A DNA stretch of 64,000 nucleotides. Origin: Octopus vulgaris (taxonomy: Eukaryota). The translations under genes were made by a program, and so were the position numbers. Shown here piece by piece: positions 1-14,566 of the stretch (the first letter of the stretch is position 1; every line of letters begins with the position of its first letter). The notes beneath the pieces are model-generated. The model did no database searches. It had not been told where the DNA came from and was given only the letters and a program-made list of their open reading frames with translations. The stretch covers positions 29,016,001 to 29,080,000 of the forward strand of contig OX597832.1 in the NCBI GenBank assembly GCA_951406725.2. Direction: 5' to 3'.

Positions 1-2
1 AC

Positions 3-82
3 AGCGCCACGAGAGAAGACAAAGAGTCAAATTAAACTAGCAAACTAGTTTATTTTGTCTCTTTGTCTTCTTTCCTGGTGCT
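3..82. repeat. 38-bp imperfect inverted repeat (hairpin, 4-nt loop CAAA)
   Basis: 3-40 (agcgccacgagagaagacaaagagtcaaattaaactag) is the reverse complement of 45-82 at 33 of 38 positions. Confidence 0.9.
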
Positions 83-539
83 ATATGAACATTTAATGTG
101 GTTTTAGAGTCAAGTTTTGACTGCTATATCTAGCATTGTGGTATCTTTTAGATACCCTTAATAATAATTTTGTGTGTGTGTAAATACACACACACACACA
201 CAATCACACACACTGTAGCCTGAGTTTACACTGCGAGACTCTTCATTATCCAACTCTCGACATGTTCGCCACGGCCTCGCATTCTAGCGTTGCCGACAAA
301 CGTTGATGCTATATAAGGAATGTTTACTGGGGTTTTTTTTTTTTTTTGGTCCACATCTCAGAACGCTTTGCCTTCCTTCTTGTTAAACTCCCAGTCTTCA
401 CAACGAGGCAGTGATGCAGCTGGAATATGGAACCAGACGAAGCCAGAGCTTGCAGCTACTTGCGCACAAGACATGTCGTCTGACTCTATTCAGAATTTAT
501 GTAGGCATGTATGTACACTTGTTCGTGTACGTGTCAGAG

Positions 540-2090
<1,551 letters not shown>

Positions 2091-2169
2091 TATTTTTTAG
2101 CTAGCCTGTGCCCGTGAGTATATTTGAACCCCTCACTCTACTCGTTACTCGTAAATCTTCATACATTAA

Positions 2170-2462
2170 ACAATGATAAATATCAAAGTGAGTTATATAC
2201 AGTAGCGGTAACACATCGTGACGTATTTTTGCCATTTCAATATGGCTAACCCTAAGGGTGGATGCTACTGTAGTTTTTAGCCCCAGGAGGACACACTCCT
2301 CCAGCTGGCCATAGACACACTATCTGTGTCCTGCAAATACTGACAGGACACAGATAGTGTGTCTATGGCCAGCTGGAGGAGTGTGTCCTCCTGGGGCTAA
2401 AAACTACAGTAGCATCCACCCTTAGGGGTTAGCCATATTGAAATGGCAAAAATACGTCACGA
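2170..2462. mobile_element. Short insertion with a ~119-bp near-perfect inverted repeat, flanked by a 12-bp TSD
   Basis: Arms 2215-2333 and 2344-2463 are reverse complements with one indel and a 10-nt loop; TTCATACATTAA occurs at 2158-2169 and 2463-2474. Confidence 0.8.
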
Positions 2463-2514
2463 TTCATACATTAAGTTACTGTGATATTGATTGGAGCAGT
2501 CTTTTAACTCTCAC

Positions 2515-2610
<96 letters not shown>

Positions 2611-2774
2611 CTGTACCTCTATACGCATGCATACACACATGCACACATACACACATACACATACATACGCTCACACATAATCGATTATGTTTGAAAATGA
2701 AAGAAACGTCTACTCAGTACACGATAGAGAGTATATATAGTTTGAGAATTTTGTTGGTTATTCATTTGGTAATT

Positions 2775-2885
2775 ACTCGGGGTCTCACATGTGTAAAATA
2801 CATGCCTCTTCAGTCGGATAATGTGTACTGCATTACGCTAAGTCCGCTAAATGTTTGATAAATTGATTTACATTGGTCAAGGAGG
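2775..2885 (+). pseudogene. Degenerate GIY-YIG endonuclease motif, Penelope-like element relic
   Basis: Translates to ...GLTC...SDNVYCIT..., then after a frameshift LIYIGQ, resembling the PLE motif FTCxSxNVVYCIxC..YIGQT. Confidence 0.4.
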
Positions 2886-3044
2886 TTCCAGTCGGGGCAC
2901 ATGTTACAGGCTGAAGGTGAGTGGACAAATATAGCGTATGGGAAATTACCCAATCCAGGCCGGTAATCTTCATGAGCATCTTGCCCACAGTGTTCTTTGA
3001 ATTTGATGTATCGGTGGAACTAAATTTTTTTTGCTACCGTCCGG

Positions 3045-3400
3045 AAGCTATCAAGAAGAAACCTTCTCCTATGGCGACAGGTGGACAATAACTCAGGTCT
3101 TTGGTTAAGTGTTAACTTTAGTTGCTTTTATATTGGAAATATTTCCGATAGATGAAATCTGCAGCTTGAATTATGGAGGGGCTTCATCGACGATGTTCCA
3201 TTTTATAGAAGGGCATTCAGATTCATCGTCCCTTGTGTTCCCAGATAAATTTTGATAGGTAAGTAGAGTTTTATTCTTTGACCTAAATTAATAAACATGC
3301 TTGTAGTAACGTAGCTTGAAAGAGTTTTACAGATTCTCCATTTTAAACTACTCCGGAGGGACAAAAACTGAAAGAAGACTGGTTGATGGGTTTTCGACAC
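3045..3400 (-). pseudogene. Penelope-like (Naiad-type) GIY-YIG C-terminal relic
   Basis: Minus-strand frames give FKLRYYKHVY*F, NSTYLSKFIWEHK, PSIKWNIVDEAPP and LNQRPELLSTCRHRRRFLL in the expected order, with stops and frameshifts. Confidence 0.7.
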
Positions 3401-4267
3401 ACATATTTGCTGTTGTATGGCATCTGACCATTCTTGGACATATTCGCGAAAACGTCCAAGTTTTCAATCATGGCTTGAATCAAATCGTCTTCCTCTTCCG
3501 GGTTCTTCTCTGGTGTAAATGGGTTGGAGGGTGAGGTAGGTGCTGTCTATGTATTTGAGACTCACCTACTTATTTCGGTTGTAAGTATACACACACAGAA
3601 ACACACACACTAACAAACAACACGCACACACACACACACAACACACATACAGACACGCACACACACACACATGTATGTATGTATATATAGAGAGATATGT
3701 ATGTGTACATATGTATATATGTATAAATGTTGCTATATATTTGTGTATGTATGCAAACATATACACACGCAGATATACATACACCAATGTATACACACAT
3801 ACACAGATACGTACATGCATGCATGCATACACATACATAGGCATACATACATACACATATATTCATACATACACATACATACTCCCCATTATGCATCCGA
3901 TCTCCTAACCTCATTCATATCATGTGTTCCATATTATACAACTATTTAGGGATCCCTAACCCCTTTTTTTCTCTTCAATTTCCTACTTTGTATCATAGGT
4001 ACCCGTCTCTTCTTTTGGGGGGTTTATTTTTCCATTTATTTTTAGTTTTAAGAGCGTCCCCTAACTTTCTCATGACGAACACACACCTACCTACCCCACT
4101 CACAGCATGTGATACCCGTTTATGTGTGTGTAGATCTATATATGTATGTGAGTTTGGATATGTGTGTGTATGTGTATGTGTGTGTTCGAATGACTATGTA
4201 AAAAGGTTGCTGTATTTTCGTGTATGCTCATGTGTGTATATGTCTGTGTGTCTCTCCGTGTATGTGT

Positions 4268-4346
<79 letters not shown>

Positions 4347-4695
4347 GAAAGGAAGTCTATACAACGAGAAGGAAACATCACAAAAAAAAAATAATAAAAT
4401 AACAAGAACAAATATAAACAAGAGTCGGTGTTATTTATTTCTTCAACTGAACAATTAAGAGCCAGTTGGTTTTTGTCGACTGACCTGCTTACAACAACCA
4501 CAAGTAAAACAACAAACAAACCAACTTGGGAAAACATGGCCGACGACAACAGCAACAAAAACAACAAAGACGGTTAAACGCCGTTACAAGTCTCTGTTTG
4601 ACGCTGCAGCAAACGGGAGAGAGTTGGACTGTTTTGCTTTTTCTTTTTCCTCTCTTTCTATCAATACTTCAATGCTGGGGTTTTCGTATTTTCCT

Positions 4696-4930
<235 letters not shown>

Positions 4931-5431
4931 TAACTAGTTGATTTGTTTTGCTATGTCTGTGTGTCTGCCTGTCTGTTCGTGTTTCTCTCGGTCTGCCTGT
5001 CTGTCCGTCTGTCTGTCTGTCTGTTTGTCTGGTTACCATTTCAGGAAAAACTGAACAATGTTTGCAGGACGAGGGAGAAAAAGAAAGATTTCGACACAAT
5101 TTACCAAAAAATATAAAAAAAAGAAACAAAAAAACGGATTTTCATTGGAAGGAATACAAATATAAACACAACCACACTCTATCAAAACTCCAGACACACA
5201 TACACACAAACACACACGCTCACACACACACACACACATACATACATACATACATACATACATACATACATACATACATACATACATACATACATGCATG
5301 CATACATACATACATACATACATACATACATACATACATACATACATACATACATACGTACGTACGTACATACATACATACATACATACATACATACGTA
5401 CGTACGTACATACATACATACATACATACAT

Positions 5432-5750
5432 AAAGCTGAAGATCAGTGAAAAAGAGAACACCTACGCTGAAGTATTGAGAAATCTGCAGTTACTCTATCC
5501 AGATTACAAGTTCAGGTTTATACCTGTAATTACTGAGACCCTAAGATATGTAAACACACTGCCTGGGAAATTAGGCTTCTCAAAACCAGAAAGAAGAAAG
5601 CTGATTCGAAGACTACAAATCCAAGCAATCACTGGAACTGTAAAAGTCTGTAAAACTTTCCAGAAGTTTATCATTTAAATATATATGAGCATGTCTAGAT
5701 ACGTAACTATATGCTTGAGAATACATACATAGAACATACAAATCTGCACA
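5432..5750 (+). mobile_element. 3' fragment of an R4/Dong-like non-LTR retrotransposon (end of restriction-like endonuclease domain plus 3' UTR)
   Basis: KLKISEKENTYAEVLRNLQLLYPDYKFRFIPVI...LGFSKPERRKLIRRLQIQAITGTVKVCKTF*; a second copy lies at 46421-46760; embedded in (TACA)n. Confidence 0.7.
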
Positions 5751-5795
5751 TATACATACATACATACATACATATACACGCGCACGCACACACAC

Positions 5796-5864
<69 letters not shown>

Positions 5865-5865
5865 T

Positions 5866-6027
5866 ACGACGGGCTTCTTTCAGTTTCCGTCTACCAAATC
5901 CACTCACAAGGCATTGGTCGGCCCGGGGCTATAGCAGAAGACACTTGCCCAAGATTCCACGCAGTGGGACTGAACCCAGAACCATGTGGTTGGTTAGCAA
6001 GCTACTTACCACACAGCCACTCCTGCG

Positions 6028-6115
<88 letters not shown>

Positions 6116-6270
6116 GACGGGCTTCTTTCAGTTTCCGTCTAACAAATTCACTCACAAGGCTTTGGTCGCCCCAAGGTTATTGCAGAAGGCACTTGTCCAA
6201 GGTGTCACACAGTGGGACTGAACCCAGAACCATGTGGTTGGTAAGCAATCTTCTTACCACACAGCCACCC
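5866..6270 (-). mobile_element. Two tandem 5' halves of tRNA-derived SINE family A (5866-6024 and 6114-6270)
   Basis: A-box-like TGGCTGTGTGG, B-box-like GGTTCAGTCCC and body ccttgggcaagtgtcttc...gacggaaactgaaagaagcccgtcg, shared with many copies in the window. Confidence 0.9.
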
Positions 6271-6737
6271 TTTTGCGCCTATCATATCTAAAAAACCCAA
6301 TCTCAACCAAACTGTATCGTTCTGGAAGTGCAGCCACTCACTTATTATTTATTTTACCAAAAAAAACTTTCATTTAATGATTATTCAATGTATTTCAGCA
6401 TCCACCATTTCACGATGAGAACGCAAAGATGACGGGCACTGGAGCAATGTCGCTCAACCTTAGCTCCTTATTTTTGTCACAGTTTCCAATACCCCGACAC
6501 ACGCTCGTTGCCATATTATACTACTGCTAACTGGGGTGGATGCGGGTGGAGGTGGAGCAGGATTTTTGCAGTGTTTGTAGCAGAACAACTGACACCAGAT
6601 TTCATCGCAGGGGACAGAAAAATTAATTTCCAATTATGATCTACGATTATGTTATGCAGTGAAGTTATTAATATTTATGATGTGTTTACCGGCTTCGGTA
6701 GAGGTAGAAGGACACACAGGAGACACACCCTCTTTAT

Positions 6738-6852
6738 TCATACATCCGTACATACATAGATACACACATACATACATACATACATACATACACACATACA
6801 TACATACATACATACATACATACATACATACATACATACATACATAAATACA

Positions 6853-6886
<34 letters not shown>

Positions 6887-7775
6887 CATATATATATATG
6901 CATACATTCATACATGTATACATACTTACATACATACGCACATACATACATACATCCATACATACATACATACATCCATACATACACACATACATACACA
7001 CATACATACATACATACATACATACATACATACATACACACATACATACGTGCATGCATACATACATACATACATACATACATACATACATACATACATA
7101 CATACATACATACATACATACATACATACATACATACACACATACATACGTGCATGCATACATACATACACACATACATACATACATACATACATACACA
7201 CATACATACATACATACATACATACATACATACATACATACATACATACATACACACATACATACATACATACATACATACATACATACATACATACATA
7301 CATACATACATACATACATACATACATACATACACACATACATACGTGCATGCATACATACATACACACATACATACATACATACATACATACATACATA
7401 CATACATACATACACACATACATACGTGCATGCATACATACATACATACATACATACATACATACATACATGCATGCATACAAACATACACACATACATA
7501 CATACACCCATGCATACATCCATACATACATACATACATACATCCATGCATACATACATACATACATCCATACATACAAACATACATACATACATACATG
7601 CATGCATGCATGCATACATACATACATACATGCACACACACATACATACATACATACATACATACATAAATACATACATACGTCCATACATACATACATA
7701 CATACACACACACATACATACATACATACATACATACATACATACATACATACATACATACATACATACATACAA
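6738..7775. repeat. ~1-kb (TACA)n microsatellite
   Basis: Directly visible, with interspersed CACA/TGCA variants. Confidence 0.97.
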
Positions 7776-8134
7776 ACGCAAGCTAAAAGTTTGTACGCAT
7801 ATGTAAATCAACAAATATATATGTATATATACACACTGCAGACGTATGTGTATAGATGCATATGCGAGTATTCTTTCACTTCCTTTCCGAGTAAATATAA
7901 TGTATATTTATTCCTTTTCACTTTCTTTGTAGGGAAACAAGTTACTGTCAACACCCCTTCCATTTTCTACACTTTTCCTTCCTCACCCTCCTGCCTGCCA
8001 TTGCATGGCTTCGTCTACAGTTTCTTATCTACTTACAGGCTTATATTCCCTTGCTTATATTTCCGAGCGTCAAACTAATACACCTGCTTGTTGCTTATAG
8101 ACCTGTCTTCGTCTTTTGTTTTTCTGTAGATTTC

Positions 8135-8181
<47 letters not shown>

Positions 8182-8269
8182 ATATATTAATAAATAAAAT
8201 AAAACATATGCATATATATAAACATATATGTACGTACCTACCTCTACATGTACATATACACGCATATAT

Positions 8270-8556
8270 GAGTACAGGACACCAAAAAGGCGTCGAACAC
8301 AATGAGAAACGAAAACATAGACACAAACCAAAGGAACTGGACATTTTTTTAAACAACAAAAAAATAGAGTACAGGACAATTAACACAAAGAAAAAACTCC
8401 TTCTTCAGTCGCTATGGTTTCATCTACTCTACGTTTCGAAGGTGAAAGCGAGACGTATCTTCGACAAAAACTTTCCTTCCTGCGAAAAGCAAATCAATTA
8501 AAATTCTGAGATCTTTTCGCAGAGGGGTAAAAAATGGTAACAAAAACAAAAACAGG

Positions 8557-8560
<4 letters not shown>
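8270..8560 (-). mobile_element. Penelope-like terminal-repeat fragment with a degenerate hammerhead-like motif (8424-8466)
   Basis: Begins gtacaggac like the copies at 20397 and 53056; minus strand reads tcgaaga...tcgaaacgtag; flanked by (TA)n. Confidence 0.45.
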
Positions 8561-8623
<63 letters not shown>

Positions 8624-8718
8624 ATAGAAATGGTAAGACAACGAAAGAATGAAGGAGACCTCGATATTATGTAAATGGAGGAATTTAGCTGTAAATGTAA
8701 TATGTGACAATTATTCGG

Positions 8719-8793
8719 TAGCCATGATAAAACTCCGAGTTTCGGATGCCGAGGTGGAAATCTACACCACCAATTCTTCAGTTATCCGGCCAT
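8719..8793 (-). ncRNA. Mirror-image hammerhead ribozyme fold
   Basis: Minus strand atggccggataa-CTGAAGA-...-cGAAActcggagtt-ttatcatggcta; the base of helix II is degraded. Confidence 0.55.
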
Positions 8794-8802
8794 CGGAAAA
8801 AA

Positions 8803-8877
8803 ATGGCCGGGTAACTGAAGAGATGGCGGCGTGAGTTTCCGGCGCCACATCCGAAACTCGGAGTTTTATCATGGCTA
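8803..8877 (+). ncRNA. Type I hammerhead ribozyme fold
   Basis: CUGAAGA at 8815-8821, GAAA at 8853-8856, helix III ACU-cgg-AGU, GUU cleavage triplet ending at 8865, helix I uggccggguaa/uuaucauggcua, helix II gaug/cauc. Confidence 0.7.
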
Positions 8878-8950
8878 CCGAATAATTGTCGCATATTACA
8901 TTTACATATATATATACACACACACACACTCTCACACTCACGCACGCACG

Positions 8951-9068
<118 letters not shown>

Positions 9069-9077
9069 ATGCAGTAG

Positions 9078-9270
9078 CCAAGATACACTTTCAGATTCGA
9101 GTCTATTGTTATTGGAGCAAGAGGATACATTCCAACCCGTCTGGAGCAGAGTATTTCTGAACTTGGGATCTTGGGGAGAGAACGCAAATCCTTGATTCAT
9201 ACTCTACATGTGATTATGATATGTTGGACAATGAAAACCTGAGAGAAACTTCTTAAGATTTCAAGGATGA
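9078..9270 (+). pseudogene. R4/Dong-like RLE-domain C-terminal relic (diverged subfamily)
   Basis: PRYTFRFESIVIGARGYIPTRLEQSISELGILGRERKSLIHTL, homologous by eye to the PYYKFRFIPVIIGAPGYV segment of the 46421-46760 copy. Confidence 0.65.
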
Positions 9271-9337
9271 TGAACAAGACAAGATGCTTTTCTTCACACC
9301 ATGCTACAAAGAGAAAGAGAACAACATACATACACAA

Positions 9338-9660
9338 GAGGCACTCCGTCGGTTGCGACGACGCAGGTTCCAGTTGATCCGATCAACAGAACAGCCTGTT
9401 CGTGAAATTAACGTGTAAGTGACTGAGTACTCCACAGACACGCGTACACTTGACATAGTTCTCAAGGTGATGTAGCGTGACAGAAAATGTGACAAGGTTG
9501 GCTCTTTGAATTACAGGTAGACCTCATTTTTGCCAGGTGAGTGAACTGCAGCAACGTGAAATAAAGTGTCTTGCTCAAGGACACAACGTGCCGCCAGGAA
9601 TCGAACTCGCGGCCTTATGAGCGTGAGCTGAGTACGTTAACCACTAAACCACGTGCCTTC
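9338..9660 (-). mobile_element. tRNA-derived CORE-like SINE (family D)
   Basis: A box TGGTTTAGTGG, B box GAGTTCGATTCC, CORE-like tgtgtccttgagcaagacacttt; 3' tail shared with 35568-35948. Confidence 0.85.
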
Positions 9661-9978
9661 CACTACATACAAACATACATACGCACACAGACACGTATAC
9701 AGACGTACACACATATATACATAATACATGCATACATGCATACATACACATACACACATACACACACATGCATACATACATATATACATATATACGTATA
9801 TACACGCATACACACACATATACACACACACTTACAAACACAAACACATACATACATACACACATACATACATGCATGCATACATATACACATATATAAA
9901 CGCATACACACGCATACACACACATATATACACATACAAACACAAAAACATACATTCATACACACATACATATATATG

Positions 9979-10199
9979 TTTCTTTATTACCCACAAGGGG
10001 CTAAACATAGAGGGGACAAACAAGGACAGACAAAGGGATTAAGTCGATTATATCGACCCCAGTGCGTAACTGGTACTTAATTTATCGACCCCGAAAGGAT
10101 GAAAGGCAAAGTCGACCTCGGCGGAATTTGAACTCAGAACGTAGCTGCAGACGAAATACGGCTACGCATTTCGCCCGGCGTGCTAACGGTTCTGCCAGC
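9979..10199 (-). mobile_element. tRNA-derived SINE family B (Meta/MESC-like core)
   Basis: gagttcaaattccgccgaggtcgactttgcctttcatcctttcggggtcgataaattaagtacc, shared with many other copies in the window. Confidence 0.9.
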
Positions 10200-11373
10200 A
10201 TACACACGCATGCTGACATACATACATACATACATACATATATGCATACATGCACTCATACATACATACATACATACATACACACATACGTATATACATA
10301 CATACACACATGCATGCACACATGCATACATACATGTACACATACATACATACATACATACATACATACATACATACATACATACATACATGTACACACA
10401 CACACACACACATACATACATACATACATGCATGCACACGTACACACATACATACATACATACATACATACAAACATACATATATACATACACACATACA
10501 TACACACATACATACATACATACATGCATACATACTATATAACATATGGAATACATTACATATTCTAGTAAATGTAATATATACAAGAGAGAACAAACGT
10601 ATCTTTATTAACTTTATAAAGAGTTCTCCTTCATTAAGAAAGAGCCAAATATAAGATCGTCCTTTCTCCTACATAAATGTAAACATGAATTTTGATGTCT
10701 TTATGCAGATTTGATTACATGTGTGCATAGTTTAACATGTAGTTACAGCAGGAACAACATTTGTGATTACATGACCTGTATTATCGCACTGAGGATTGTG
10801 TATGTACCATATGAAACTGCGATCTTTCAGTACGGAGTTTCATTGCGAGTATTATTTCAGTATTTGTACATACAGATTATTAAATTAGACGTAAACAATC
10901 TCCAATTCAAGTTTTGATTGGGTATTCACTTATTGTCTATTATTTCAAAACATTCTGTTGTTTAAATGCTTGTTATTAATTTATACATGCATGCATACAT
11001 ACATACACACATATATGTATACATACATACCTACCTACATACATACATACATACATACATACAAACATACATACATACATACATACATACATGCATACAT
11101 ACATACATACATACATACAAATATATACATATATCTACATACATGTGTGTATGTATGTATGTATGTATGTATGTATGTAGACATATATATATGTGTGTAT
11201 GTGTATGCATGTGTGTGTATGTGTTTGCATATAGATACTTATACCCATATATTCTTTGATATAGATATATTCATATTCATACATACATATATATATATAT
11301 ACACGCACAAAATAATACCAACATATATACATATACACACCACTCATACATACAGGCATACATAATATATATA

Positions 11374-11425
<52 letters not shown>

Positions 11426-11680
11426 CATACATATATGTACATACATGCATACACATATGTAGTCACATGTATACATACATACATAAAAAGATATATACCT
11501 GCATCCACGCATGTACACACATACACACACATACACAAACACATTCACATACACAAACACATTCACATACACACACACACATTTACGCACTCTCGTTTAT
11601 ACGTAGACCTGCAAACATAGAGTGCCAGTTTTTCACTTTTCAAATCAAACGTATTCACGAGAGAAACAGTTCGCAAACCT

Positions 11681-11951
11681 AAATGGCGACCAATAAGATG
11701 GAGCTGAAATATTCTCACTTCCGCTCTTCCCTATATCTATATTTTTTTCATTTCTAACGTTATTATCCTTCAATTTTTAGTCTATCGTTTCTGATTTTCA
11801 CGCCGCCATCTTAGATTTTTCAAGTTGTTCGTTTTCTTTCGTTGTTTTTTTCTTTTTAGTTTTTTAGTTTTGACCTTTCATATTATTATTTTTTTTGTTT
11901 TATTTCTTCTTGCTTCTCTGGTATTTTCGTTTCTTCCCCGGTAGAGGGCAG
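11681..11951. promoter_or_regulatory. Promoter-like motif cluster (YY1, CCAAT, ETS, CTCF-like)
   Basis: AAATGGCG 11681, CCAAT 11690, AAGATGG 11695, CACTTCCG 11716, CGCCGCCATCTT 11801, CCGGTAGAGGGCAG 11938; motif matches only. Confidence 0.35.
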
Positions 11952-12298
11952 GGTAAAGAGTTTGAAGAAAGTGTTGTACTGCTCTGTATTACGTATTCAC
12001 ATCCGGTTTTTGCATTCAAAGTTTTCATTAGGGACATCTGGAGACGATGTGCGGTGGATCACGTGTACTGACAGCTCTTATAAAAATGTTCAGATTAACA
12101 AGCTTTTGAAGACGTACAGACATCTTTACACATCACACACACACAACCACACACACATCACATACACACACATTTACACATATATACATGCATGCATATA
12201 TACATGTACGTATATATATGTTTATACATATACATACATACACACATACATATATATACATACATGGATATATACATACGTGTGTGTGTATATATATG

Positions 12299-12345
<47 letters not shown>

Positions 12346-12393
12346 CTACCTACATATATATATATATATATACATACCTACCTACACACACAC

Positions 12394-12456
<63 letters not shown>

Positions 12457-12568
12457 TGTATGTATGTATATATAAGGGCCACCTACATTATTTATTATAT
12501 ATATATATATATATATACTACACACACACACGTGTGTGTGCTTTAAAATTTTGGTAACTATTTTTATG

Positions 12569-12616
<48 letters not shown>

Positions 12617-12912
12617 ACATGTTTGTTGTAGTGTTTTTATTTCTTGATGCGCTAACGGTGAAAGGCGGAGGTTTAGGGTGGAGGAGATGATGCGGCAGTT
12701 GCAGTTGCGGCGGCGGCGGCGGGTGTGGCAGCGGCGGCGGCGTCGATTGAGGCGGTGATGACGGCGTCGGTGAAATGGAAATGGTAGGAGGAGGAGGTGG
12801 TGGATATTATCACTGTGATCATTCTGTATGAATATATACTCGATCTGAGGAACTTTTTGACAAAGACACATACACACACAGACATACAAACACATACCAA
12901 CACACACACACA

Positions 12913-13046
<134 letters not shown>

Positions 13047-13162
13047 TATATATATACACACACACAGACATAACTGAAGTAAATAGACACCCTTATAATC
13101 ATTAAAATTTATTTAACTCTGAAATTATTCAAATTATTTATTTATTGTTATAATGTGAATAT

Positions 13163-13380
13163 TTAATATTCAGTAGACATGCCCTTTGCATTTTCCAATG
13201 CAAGGGCCATATTAGGCATGTTACTGATCAGATGACGAATATTTTCTTGCGGAATTTCTTGCCAAGTTTCATGCTGTAATCTCAAACGATCGGGCTTTGA
13301 TGATGCTTTCTTGTTCTTTTTATGAAGTATCCTGTCCCTGATGCTCCAGAGGTGTCCAGTAGGGCTCATATGAGGCTTTG
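13163..13380 (-). pseudogene. Tc1/mariner (Tc1-type) transposase C-terminal relic
   Basis: PHMSPTGHLW...ETWQEIPQENIRHLISNMPNMALALENAKGMSTEY* matches the Tc1 consensus SPDLNPIEHLW...EWxxIPxxxIxxLIxSMPxRxxAVIxAKGxxTKY*. Confidence 0.85.
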
Positions 13381-13422
13381 AACGTTTCGGAGGAAGGTTC
13401 TTCATCAGAACGATATACCGAA

Positions 13423-14496
13423 GGAAATATGGCAGTCACTTGAGAGATGGGAGAGAAAAATTTAGCAAAAGACTAGAAAGGCCATGAAAAATTTTTTGTG
13501 TAATAAGTAAAAGAATTATCCCGTGTAATCCGAGGTGGAACTCCAGCGATGGAAGTGTTCCACATATCATGATAGAAATTAAGAATCATGTGACTCTTTG
13601 CAGGAACATGTGACATGCGTGGACAAACTAAACTAACACCATGAAAATAGTAACACATAAGTAAACAAAGTAAAGTTTATTGTGAAACGTTCGCGTTCAG
13701 AGAAATATAAATTGCTTGAACTTGTCGGACGTTTCGGGTGAGAGTCCTTCATCATAAAGTTTGACAGAGAAGAAAAGTAAAAGCAGAAATAATTAATAGG
13801 ACACTTATAGATACCCTACTGTCATTCTTTATTCTCAAGACTAAATGAAAAGAAACCTCTGCCTGGTCGCTTTTGCTGCTAAATATAACAGCTTTGCCTT
13901 CATCAGATTGAACATTAAAGACATATTACATCACGTGATATTGGATGTTGAGAGTTTGCAACAGCAATGTAGGATAGTCACGGCTGGAATGCATTTAATC
14001 GTAGGTTTCCTCGGGTAACTCTGACGTGTGGGGGGGGGGTGCTTTTATGTCTTCAGAAACTTGTGACCATCAGAAGAGTCTACTGATTATTGAGCTTCCA
14101 CATGGTCCCTCGAACTGCTAAATATAGCAATCAAATCATCCTCAAGTAATTCCCAATCATTTCTAAAAAGAGAGGAACTATAGTTTATCTGGAACTATAT
14201 TCATTTATCCAACGCCTGAAATTAAGATGAACGGCCCTGACTGGAACGCTTTGATCATAGGTCGGTTTAACCTTGGCTAACTTGGAGTTAAACAACCATT
14301 GACATACAAAAACATCCTGGATAGTGAGATGAGGGGACGAAATAGAGAGATTGTCTCAATGTAAAGAACTGCGTGTCTGACCACCTCGGATTACACAGGA
14401 TAATTTTTTTACTTATTTCACAAAACATTTTTCATGGCCTTTCTCGGTCTTCTGCTAAATTTGTTTCTCCCATCTCTCAAGTGACTGCCATATTCC
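13423..14496. mobile_element. ~1.07-kb segment bounded by ~116-bp inverted repeats (probable non-autonomous DNA transposon)
   Basis: 13423-13538 is a close reverse complement of 14381-14496; no clear TSD. Confidence 0.65.
13722..13766 (-). ncRNA. Degenerate minimal hammerhead motif
   Basis: Minus strand aTGATGA-a-GG-actctca-cCC-GAAA-cgtc. Confidence 0.45.
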
Positions 14497-14566
14497 TGGG
14501 CTTCCTTTAGGCCAACATGTAGAATTCCTAGTACGGCTGTTACTACATGAGTGAGTATTCAATATG

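Larger units (their letters stand above)
8622..8906. mobile_element. Head-to-head inverted element (palindrome 8690-8906) inserted in (TA)n
   Basis: 8690-8748 versus 8848-8906 and 8775-8793 versus 8803-8821 are near-perfect reverse complements. Confidence 0.8.

Noticed and set aside
2344-2420. HDV-like ribozyme resemblance (GGCCAGC...CCTCCT...GGCTAA)
   Set aside because: I could not build the nested double pseudoknot; CCTCC pairs locally with GGAGG instead.
12650-12805. GC-rich poly-Ala/poly-Arg stretch resembling a transcription-factor exon
   Set aside because: It is (GCG)n low complexity with a stop in the Ala frame, and has no domain or convincing splice sites.
13377-13409. Hammerhead-like ctgatgaag...cgaaacgtt on the minus strand
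   Set aside because: Helices I and II are not convincing and the motif overlaps the edge of the Tc1 relic, so it was not counted.
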